In this document: positions 18,042 to 29,787 of the stretch, piece after piece
Layout: every line of letters begins with the position of its first letter
Numbering within the stretch: position 1 is the stretch's first letter
From: Chrysomallon squamiferum
Lineage: Eukaryota > Animalia > Mollusca
Direction of reading: 5' to 3'
NCBI GenBank assembly: GCA_012295275.1
Contig: CM022678.1
Span: 11,842,001 to 11,906,000, forward strand
DNA: 64,000 nucleotides
Translations under genes and position numbers: made by a program
The notes under the pieces: model-generated
Told to the model about the DNA's origin: nothing
Seen by the model: the letters and a program-made list of their open reading frames with translations, nothing else
The model's database searches: none

Positions 18042-21000
18042 TTATTATATCTTTCATGTTACTTTATTATTTTTTTAAATGTTTGGGTTTTTTAATTTGT
18101 TTTATGGTGGGATTTTTATGTTGTTATTGTCTAAATTATTTTTGTTATTTAATAAAAAAAATGTTTAATCAGAAAATAAATCTTTTGTTGTGATTAAACA
18201 TTAAAAATATGATTTATTATTAAAATTTTAATTAAATATACACATACATTCAAACTACATTCAAGTATGTGCACACACACACACACATTGATATATGTAT
18301 ATAGTAGATAAACTTATACAAATGCTTAGAACGTTGCAATGATATCGACAGCAAACGCTTTGTTGTTCACTTTACTTGGCTTGATGCTCAAGATTTGACA
18401 ATGTCTTAATAAGATAATCAATTTATTATTATTTTTTAATTATTATTTTATTTGTTGTTTTCATTTTGCATTTATTTCAGTGACACCCCCTTTTTTTGTT
18501 GCAATTTTTCACATTTTTTTGTTATCAGTTTTATGTTATTGTGTGGAGGTGCTTGGCTATTTTCCGAATCAATCTGTCTTTAAATTTTATGTTTTTTTTT
18601 TTTTTTATATATATATATTTTTTTTTTAATCCAAATACTGTTTTAAGACCTACTTTAAAACAAGAATAATGACAATAATGATAACACAAAGAAAATAATG
18701 ATAATGATACACTAATCATTATGTAGATGAATGTTGTTATCAGTTTATTTGTTTGTACAGACTAAAATGATCATATTAAAAATGATGACACACATGTACA
18801 TTTGTATCATTGTATCTGATTTCTTTATAATGCAACATCCACTTTTCTTGTCACCCAACATGGTTGAGTACTGATGATCAGTTTTTAAATAGGTACACAA
18901 ATTTACCTTGCTGTACCCCACCCTTGCTGTACCCCACCCTTGCTATACCCCACCTTGCCCACCCTTGCTATACACCAACCATTATTAATTGAAGCAGTTA
19001 ACAAACGGAAGCTGGGATGTGCTAGACATATTTGTACACATCACGAGAGAAGTCGCATCACAAGAGAAGTCGCATCACAAGAGAAGTCACATCACAAGAG
19101 AAGTCGCATCACGAGAGAAGTCACATCACAAGAGAAGTCGCATCCGAGAGAAGTCACATCACAAGAGAAGTCGCATCACGAGCATTCATTAATTCACAAG
19201 AAGTCCTTTGAGCATTCATTAATTGAATACAGAAAAGTGGTGAAGAAAAACAGAAATACAAATTAAATAATAAATTCTGGTCTCTAGATTATTAATATTC
19301 ACGGTGTTTTATTTTCGGGTGAAACATGTTAAAACAAACACAGAGTGAAGTTACTTGATAAAACCACCATCAGCCCACCTGACTGCGCAAATCATCAAGC
19401 AGAGGAAATCTCTTTCTGTGTCCTGTGGGAACAAATCATGTTTTTCTACAAATCATGTTTTTCTACGTAGCTGTTTTCAAAAACTTGACAGGAAATCATC
19501 TTGTCTTTGCATTTACTGAAAATATTTTTTAAGTTTGATATTTGCAGGTAGGTGCAGGTAGTTGAGTAAGTGAACTGTTATTTCTACTTCCACTGCATGT
19601 TTGATGGCCCATACCCACATCCCCACAGTGAAGGGATGTTCAAGAAAATGGTAACATTCAAAATAAAGTTTTAATTCACAGTTTTGTTATTTAGATACAT
19701 CAGACATGCCTGTGAAAAGCTGAATTGTATCAGTATGAATGAAAATTTTACAAATTTGTGAAGAAGTAACCCCCACCCCTTGTACCCCTCTCACCTTGTA
19801 TATTTCAAAACAACATGTGACTATCAGATTACAGACTTGAAAACAAACTGTTGTGCAGTTCTCGAATAACAAAAATGCAGGCGATACATGTCTCAGTAAT
19901 TAGCATTTTGCTTCTGAAATTCATTACCAGCTTACTGAAGAGTAAAGGTGTTTAACTCACTGTAAACCAGCGAGTGAAAGTCACTGGTACAGAGGTTGTG
20001 TGCAGTGGACTGAGCAGTAATTCATTATTAAAAGAACAAACACTTATAACACTGAGCTAACTAATGTCTGTGTTTAAAAACATCTCACATGAGCATGTAT
20101 TATATTATATTATATTATACTATATTATATTATATTATATTATATTATATTATATTAAAGTTTACTTGTGACAGAATGAATAAGTAGTCTCATAAATTCT
20201 CTAATAAAGGGTTTGAGTTAGGGTTATAACATTGGTTCGGTTAACAAAATAATAAAATATGAGACAAACAATATTTTTAAACAGCAGTGTTTGTTGTTGT
20301 ACTTCATTATTATGATAATAATTAAAGCAGTACACAAAATGAAAGCTGGAGTGTGCTAAACATATTTGTACGCATCACAAGATAAACCTTTTGAATATTC
20401 ATTAACTGAATACAGAACTGGTACAGAAATACAAATTAAATAATAAATTTTGGTCTCTAGATTATTAATATTCACACTGTTTTACTGGGTAAATTTATAA
20501 AATAAATAAATAAATAAATAGAAAAGAAGCTAATGTTAAGTCTTGTCTTGTTCAGATTATAAAATATTTTCAAATTTTCATTTTAAAACAGATGTGTGTA
20601 CATTTTATATTATATATAGTTGCCCACACACGTGTGTTCAGAACCGTTGTCCTATGAAATGTGCTTCTACACACTTGTCACACACATGTACCTACAATAT
20701 GTGCTTCTACACACTTGTCACACACTCGTACCTATGAAATGTGCTTCTACACACTTGTCACACACTCATACCTATGAAATGTGCTTCTACACCCTTGTCA
20801 CACACTCGTACCTATGAAATGTGCTTCTACACACTTGTCAGACACTCGTACCTATGAAATGTGCTTCTACACACTTGTCATACGCTTGTACCTATGAAAT
20901 GTGCTTCTCCACTCTTGTCACACACTTGTACCTATGAAATGTGCTTCTACACCCTTGTCAAACACTTTTACATATGAAATATGCTTCTACACACTTGTCA

Positions 21001-24000
21001 TACGCTTGTACCTATGAAATGTGCTTCTACACCCTTGTCATACACTCGTACCTATGAAATGTGTTTCTACACCCTTGTCATACACTCGTACCTATGAAAT
21101 GTGTTTCTACACACTTGTCACACACTCGTACCTATGAAATGTGTTTCTACACCCTTGTCACACACTTGTACCTATGAAATGTGCTTCTACACACTTGTCA
21201 TACGCTTGTACCTATGAAATCTGCTTCTACACACTTGTCACACACTTGTACCTATGAAATGTGCTTCTACACCCTTGTCAAACACTTTTACATATGAAAT
21301 GTGCTTCTACACACTTGTCACACACTTGTACCTATGAAATGTGCTTCTACACACTTGTCACACACTTGTACCTATGAAATGTGCTTCTACACACTTGTCA
21401 CACACTTGTACCTATGAAATGTGCTTCTACACACTTGTCACACACTTGTATCTATGAAATGTGCTTCTACACACTTGTCACACACTTGTATCTATGAAAT
21501 GTGCTTCTACACACTTGTCACACACTTGTATCTATGAAATGTGCTTCTACACACTTGTCACACACTTGTACCTATGAAATGTGCTTCTACACACTTGTCA
21601 CACACTTGTACCTATGAAATGTGCTTCTACACACTTGTCACACACTTGTACCTATGAAATGTGCTTCTACACACTTGTCATTCACTTGTACCTATGAAAT
21701 GTGCTTCTACACACTTGTCACACACTTGTATCTATGAAATGTGCTTCTACACACTTGTCAGACACTTGTACCTATGAAATGTGCTTCTACACACTTGTCA
21801 CACACTTGTACCTATGAAATGTGCTTTTCCACTCTTGTCACACACTTGTACCTATGAAATGTGCTTCTACACACTTGTCACACACTTGTATCTATGAAAT
21901 GTGCTTCTACACACTTGATTTACTTACAAAGAATTTCACAGAAACTTGTATCTGCAGGGAAGGGTGGAAGGAATGAAAACAAAAAAAAAACTTGCTGAAT
22001 CTTAGATGAATGTAAATTATTTCAGAATAAAAAAATTTGGCTTTTTTCACAAGAATCCATATGGATTCTCCTGGAAGCAGTCCACGAGAATCTTCCAATT
22101 CTCAACATTTCAGAGAACAACTTTATCCACAGTGTTGGTTACATAACAAGAAATTAGAAGAGAGAGTTTTGTTTTCCTTCAAGTATTAGTAACTGGACTA
22201 ACATTTCTGCAACTGACCAAACAAATTTAGAGATTAAAAAGAGCAGAAAATTTAAGGTTGGGAACATAATATGAACAAAATAACAGCAACGTCTGATACA
22301 GTATAAATTTGGCACATTTCATTACTACATATTATTATCATCTAACAAACATGTTCCCTTAGGTGCTGTTTGTTGGCAATTTGGTTCATAGAAATGTGTC
22401 AACCACTGCTTGGCTTCAGGCCAGACTAGTCTTGATAAACCATGTCGTTTCAAACATACACAGATTTGAATGTATGCTACCAGTTTAAACTGACAACCAG
22501 ACTATTTTTGTTTTTAATTTGTTAACTTTTTACTCGTTGATTATTCAGTTTAATTGAATTTTAGAAATATTTCACATGAATCCAGATGAATTCGTTGGAT
22601 GGTTTGTGTTTGTGCGAATTAGATTCAGAAGACGGCATGAATTTTTATCCCTGTATTTTAACTCCAAATACGTTGATAAACAACAGTTTTATAATTCACA
22701 CATTATTCTTTTTATTTTTTCAAAAACATTTTTTATAAATATACGTATGTTTTTAAATCTTTGTTTTCACAGACAATGAAGAAGAAATTTAAATATACGT
22801 ATGTTTTTAAGTCTTTGTTGTATGTTTTTTAATCTTTGTTTTCACAGACAATGAAGAAGAAATTTAAATATACGTATGTTTTTAAATCTTTGTTGTATGT
22901 TTTTTAATCTTTGTTTTCACAGACAATGAAGAAGAAATTTAAATATACGTATGTTTTTAAATCTTTGTTGTATGTTTTAAAATCTTTTTGCAGACGATGA
23001 AGAAGAAGTTGTTCTGCGTTTAAATATAAGCATGGTTTTAAATCTTTGGAATATGTTTTAAAATCTTTTGCAGACGACAGAAGAAAAAACGTTTTTCCAC
23101 ATCCACACGCGGTTTCAACATCAACAAGAAGTGGGACAGCAAACACTGGAATACTAATCGACAGCCAGAGAAAAGTTCTCAGTCCTCGGACAGGACAGGA
23201 AACCAGGACATCCACATCCACCGAGCTGCTTCAAAATCAACAAGAAGTTCACGAGCAGGATAAATATGAGCATGTACACGAGTTTGAAACTGCTTCTCAG
23301 TTCACGCAGGAACCAGGATAAACCAGGATTACAGCTGAGTTTGAAATGTGAGTTCAAGCAGGAACAGGATAAATATGAGCATTACGGTGAGTTTGAAATG
23401 TGAGTTCACGCAGGAACAGGATAAATATGAGCATTACGGTGAGTTTGAAATGTGAGTTCACGCAGGAACAGGATAAATATGAGCATTCCGGTGAGTTTGA
23501 AATCCGAGTTCACGCAGGAACAGGATAAATATGAGCATTACGGTGAGTTTGAAATACGAGTTCACGCAGGAACAGGATAAATATGAGCATTACGGTGAGT
23601 TTGAAATGTCAGTAGGAATTGAACTATTTGTGAAATGTCAGTAGGAATTGAACTATTTGTGAAATGTCAGTAGGAATTGAACTATTTGTGAAATGTCAGT
23701 ATGAGTTGAGCTGTTGTTGAAATGTAGATGTTTTATTATAAATTCATACAGGTAGATGTTTTATTATAAATTCATACAGGTATATATAATGACAAAGATG
23801 TTTGTATTTATCATTTTTTTCATGGCATTACTTTCACATTCATAGACAGCATCGTTAAATTAAATGACCATAGTTTTTATGATTTATCAATAATTTTTTA
23901 TTTTATTTTATTTTTTTTGTGGTTTTAAAAATTAGATGATTTCCTGCTTTCAGTTAAATACAGAAGAAACCTTCTGCAAAAACTGATTTTTAAAACATCT

Positions 24001-24761
24001 TTTTTCTTCTTCTCACAATGGTTTTTGGAAAATAGCACGTGATGTGTGTATCTTAGTCTGTGCACAATACTCACACACAGAGAAGTGTGTGTCAGGTTTT
24101 ACCCCAGTGAACCAGAAACGTGTAAACATAAAAATCTGAATGTTTATTTGTTGTCGTCATTAAACAAGGCTTGTAACAATGTGTCATGTAGTGTTAATGT
24201 TAATATAAAGAGACAGAGGAAATCACTATCACCCAGTTGACATTCATTTTAGATAAACCGCTAGGAATTTTTATTTTCTCCATATTCGGGATAGCACGTT
24301 CCTTAATGTTTTAAAAACAAGTCACTGAGCACTGGTCGGAACGGGAGATAGCTCAGAGCTCAGCCAGAATGTAACTGATCAGGAAACGATAACAGTTCAA
24401 ACCTTTGTCTGTACTTTATTGTTAGCAAAGGTTGGGATGTAACTAAACAAACAAATCAGTGGATGTTATGAATTGCGTTTTTTTGTTTTGTGCTACCACA
24501 AAGTACTTTTACCAGCAGACCCTCTCTGCAGCATGTTTACAAACTCAGGCTGTTTATGACATACAAAGAATTATGTTTACGAGGCCTTGATCTAAATGTT
24601 TACGTAACGTCCCGGACACCGAGTTGTTCATTTCACGCTGTTTGAACACGCACAAAGATGAAGTGTTTAACTTGGGCGGAGAGATGGGTGGGTCAGGTCA
24701 GAGGTAGAAAACGTCAACCAGGATGTTTTTCATGATGTCTGTGTGTGATAAAGATTACGTA

Positions 24762-24817
<56 letters not shown>

Positions 24818-24963
24818 ACAAAGATAGTAAGGTTTATGTTTACAAATAGGGGTTTGATAACAAGTGTTTATTTTTTACATTCTTCACATTCACTCATGTA
24901 TGATGCACTACACTATATACCTATGCACACACATTCATACAAAAACACCTACAGATAAATACC

Positions 24964-25007
<44 letters not shown>

Positions 25008-25037
25008 TACATACACAAACACCTACAGATAAATACC

Positions 25038-25079
<42 letters not shown>

Positions 25080-27327
25080 ACTATACATACACAAACACCT
25101 ACAGATAAATACCAACACACACACACCTATACATACACAAACACCTATAGCAGTCATAGTACATGTGTAGATTCTCTTTAAATAGCAGTCATAGTAGATG
25201 TGTAGATTTTCTTTAACATAGCAGTCATAGTAGATGTGTAGATTCTCTTTAAATAGCAGTCATAGTACATGTGTAGATTCTCTTTAAATAGCAAATACAT
25301 GTGTAGATCAAATAGTAGTCGTGTAGATTCTTCTTTTTAAATAGCAGTCATAGTACATGTGTAGATTCTCTTTTAATAGCAGTCGTAGTACATGTGTAGA
25401 TTCTCTTTAAATAGCAGTCATAGTACATGTGTAGATTCTCTTTAAATAGCAGTCATAGCAGATGTGTAGATTCTCTTTAAATAGCAGTCATAGTACATGT
25501 GTAGATTCTCTTTAAATAGCAGTCATAGTACATGTGTAGATTCTCTTTAAATAGCAGTCATAGTACATGTGTAGATTCTCTTTTAAATAGCAGTCATAGT
25601 ACATGTGTAGATTCTCTTTAAATAGCAGTCATAGTACATGTGTAGATTCTCTTTAAATAGCAGTCATAGTACATGTGTAGATTCTCTTTAAATAGCAGTC
25701 ATAGTACATGTGTAGATTCTCTTTAAATAGCAGTCATAGTAGATGTGTAGATTCTCTTTTAAATAGCAGTCATAGTACATGTGTAGATTCTCTTTAAATA
25801 GCAGTCATAGTACATGTGTAGATTCTCTTTAAATAGCAGTCATAGCAGATTTCTCTTTTACATAGCAGTCATAGTACATGTGTAGATTTTCTTTCAATAG
25901 CAGTCGTAGTAGATTGTGTCAGAATTGAAAATTTAGTAGCCTGGTACTGACTGACTGTTTGCTGCTGCTGTTGTTGTTGTTGTTCATTGTTATTGTTCTT
26001 GTTGTTGTGATTTTTCTTATTACTACAATTCTTCATCTTGTTTGTCTTTTTTCTTCTTCTTCCTCTGGTTATTATTATTATCATCATCATCATCATCATT
26101 CTTCATTATTGTCAGTTAAAACATGGTATGATAGACTAGAAATTGTGTTTATAATATGAAAAGTTTTGGCCACTGCAGACAAAGAAATCTAAATTTAAAT
26201 ATAAATGGTTCAGTGATAGCTGTAGGAACACAGGAAGTTAAAACAAATTTTATCTCTTGTTTAAGCAGTATCTTCTACAAACCTTCTCAGGATGTTAAAC
26301 AGTGTCTTGAAAGTCTACAAATATTTTTGAAGTTTTAAACTATCTTGAAAGTCTAGAAATATTTTCGAAGTTTTAAACTATCTTGAAAGTCTAGAAATGT
26401 TTTTGAATTTTAAAACAATGTCTTGAAAGTCTACAAATATTTTCAAATTTTTAAACTATCTTGAAAGTCTAGAAATGTTTTTGAATTTTAAAACAATGTC
26501 TTCAAAGTCGACATATTTTCAAATTTTTAAACTCTTGAAAGTCTAGAAATATTTTTGAATTTTTAAACAGACTTGAAATTACAAATATTCTAAATGTTTA
26601 AGCAATGCCTGTTTTAAGAAATAAGAGAATTGTCTGAATTAAGAAATAAGAGAATTTCTGAATTAAGAAATAAGAGAACTGTCTGAATTAAAGAAATAAG
26701 AATTAAGAACTGTCCTGAATTAAAGAATTCTCTGAATTAAGAAATAAGAGAACTGTCTGAATTAAGAAATAAGAGATTTGTCTGTTTTCTCTGACAGAAC
26801 ATGTCTGGCAGGTGACGATTCAGCCGAAGGGATTGGGCGTGTCAAAGAACATCCGCGGCAACTTCCGCCTCTGCCTGTCCAGTCAGTACATCAGCATCGT
26901 CAAGGTGAACTGCGACAAACCTCTGTACAAGTTTCAGGTAAATACCTATTAGAGGACAGGTGAGAAACTAGTTTACACGTGATGTTAACTTACTTACACG
27001 TGACGTTAACTTACTTACTCGTGACGTTAACTTACTTACTCGTGACGTTAACTTACTTACACGTGACGTTAACTTACTTACACGTGACGTTAACTTACTT
27101 ACTCGTGACGTTAACTTACTTACACGTGAAGTTAACTTACTTACACATGATGTTAACTTACTTACCCGTAACTGACAGTGTTGACAGACAAAATATGAAA
27201 TGCATTAGAAACTAAAAGAAAAGCATTAATACTATAATGATGACAGTAATAAAAATACAACTACTACTACTACTATTACTACTGCTGCTACTTCTTTTAC
27301 TACTACTACTACTACTACTACTACTAT

Positions 27328-27362
<35 letters not shown>

Positions 27363-27897
27363 ATAATAATAATAATAATAATAGTAGTAATGATACATGT
27401 ACCTATTCTTACTGATTTTGTTTCAAAAACAAATTTTGGTCAAAACATTTACCTGAAGTTCTGTGTGTCTTGTTATCAGTTGTGCAATTTAATAAAAATA
27501 AAAATGTAAAAATTAAACAGTTTGAAGAAGCATTTAAAATCTCTGACGTGCTGGCTTGTTGTTGTTGTTTTAAATGATGATGTCAGTGTGTATAAATGTT
27601 AATTTTCACTTTCTCAGTTAGCGACTGTCAGGTCTCTGGCTTACAGTGACTGTCTGTTCAGGATGGAGGTGGGGAACTGGGCACCCACAGGGCGGGGGGA
27701 GCTCTGGATGAACGTGGAGGATTCTGTCATCGCAAAGAACATGCATGAAGCAATTCTCAAGTAGGTGACGGTTTGTTCAGTGAGGGCTGTGAACTGTTTG
27801 TTTACTGAGTCACAGAATTAGTTTTAAACTGTGACAGTCATTTATTATCATGATAATACATACATACATACATACACACATACATACATACATACAT

Positions 27898-27928
<31 letters not shown>

Positions 27929-29191
27929 TGCATACATATATATACACACACACATGCATGCATACATACATACACACACACACACACATACATACATACA
28001 TATTAGGTATTACTGATGTATTCACTGTGTTGATTACTGTGAACTGACGAGACAAAATGGCCATGTTACACAGCAAAGTGGGACACATCTTTTGTCTGAA
28101 AGCAAACAACATTTTTATTTACTATCACTATTATTTATATTTGTTACTTTGTTACTATTATTATTATTACTACTGTCATTGCCATTGTAATGATCATAAT
28201 TATTATTGTTATTGTTGTTATTTGTTTATTTTCAGCTGTATGACTGCGCAGGTAGACTACGAATCACTGGACGAACAGGTGAGATCATCTGAGTTGACCA
28301 GATCAGAGAGAAATCGATCAGGAAGTATGAATCATGGAGAGAGACCTCTGGGCGACGCCCGGCGATACACAATTAGTGACAACAGAACTCACAGGTAAAC
28401 ATTTGCACAGGTAAAGTTTAGAAATACACAGGTAAACTTTAGAAATACCCAGGTAAAGTTTAGAAACACACACTTAAAGTTTAGAAATTAAAGGTAAAGT
28501 TTAGAAATACACAGGTAAAGTTTAGAAATTACAGGTAAAGTTTAGAAATACACAGGTAAAGTTTAGAAATTACAGGTAAAGTTTAGAAATACACAGGTAA
28601 AGTTTAGAAATTACAGGTAAAGTTTAGAAATACACAGGTAAACTTTAGAAACACAGGTAAAGTTTAGAAACACACAGGTAAAGTTTAGAAATTACAGGTA
28701 AAGTTTAGAAATTACAGGTAAAGTTTAGAAATACACAGGTAAAGTTTAGAAACGGATAAAGTTTAGAAATTACATGGTTTAAAAGTTTAAAGAAAATACA
28801 CAGGTAACATGTTTAAAACACAGATTTTTAAAATTACAGGTAAAACACACAGTTTTTAGAAATACACAGATAAAGATTTTAGAAATTACAGGTAGAATAT
28901 AGAAAAAATACATAAAGTTTAGAAATACACAGGTAAAGTTTAGAAATTACAGGTAAAATATAGAAATACACTTTTAGAAATACACAGGCAAAAAGTTTAG
29001 AAATTACAGGTAAAATTTAGAAATACAGGTGAAACTAAATACATTTAAGTTTAAAATATAAAATTTTCAAAATGATTGAAATGAAGAGAATTTAGAAATA
29101 CCGAGGAAAACTGACAGGTTAAACAAATAACTGATAGGTTAAACAAATAATATGCGAGATAAAACAACAGTAGAGGTAATGTAACCATAGG

Positions 29192-29240
<49 letters not shown>

Positions 29241-29748
29241 ACACAGATACACAGATATACACACACAGACACACGCAGAGACAGTCACATAGACACATAC
29301 ACAGATACACACTCACGTAGAAACACAGATATACACACAAACACACACACACATATCTGTACATATGTTTATATCTACACTGGAAACTGGCAAAACTGGT
29401 CCCTGTTTATCCTGGAAACTGTTAACACCAGCCATGTTTTTAGTTCCATGTTTACATGTATACACTCTGTGTATTAAAACCCTCAGTTATTGGTTAATTA
29501 CAATTTGACAGATTGTTAAAGATTTTTGAAGTTTAAAGAAGATATAAACAGTACAGTATATGCATGCATACATACATACATACATACATACATACGTACA
29601 CACATACATATATGAAGGGAAGTAACTCTAATGTATTCTGAGTTTCTAAAATGATGGCAATTTCTAAAAATCAGATTCTTTTTGAAACCAGACATTTTTT
29701 TAAGTTCAGGTTTTTCCAGTTTCCACTGCATGTGTGTATGTGTATATC

Positions 29749-29787
<39 letters not shown>

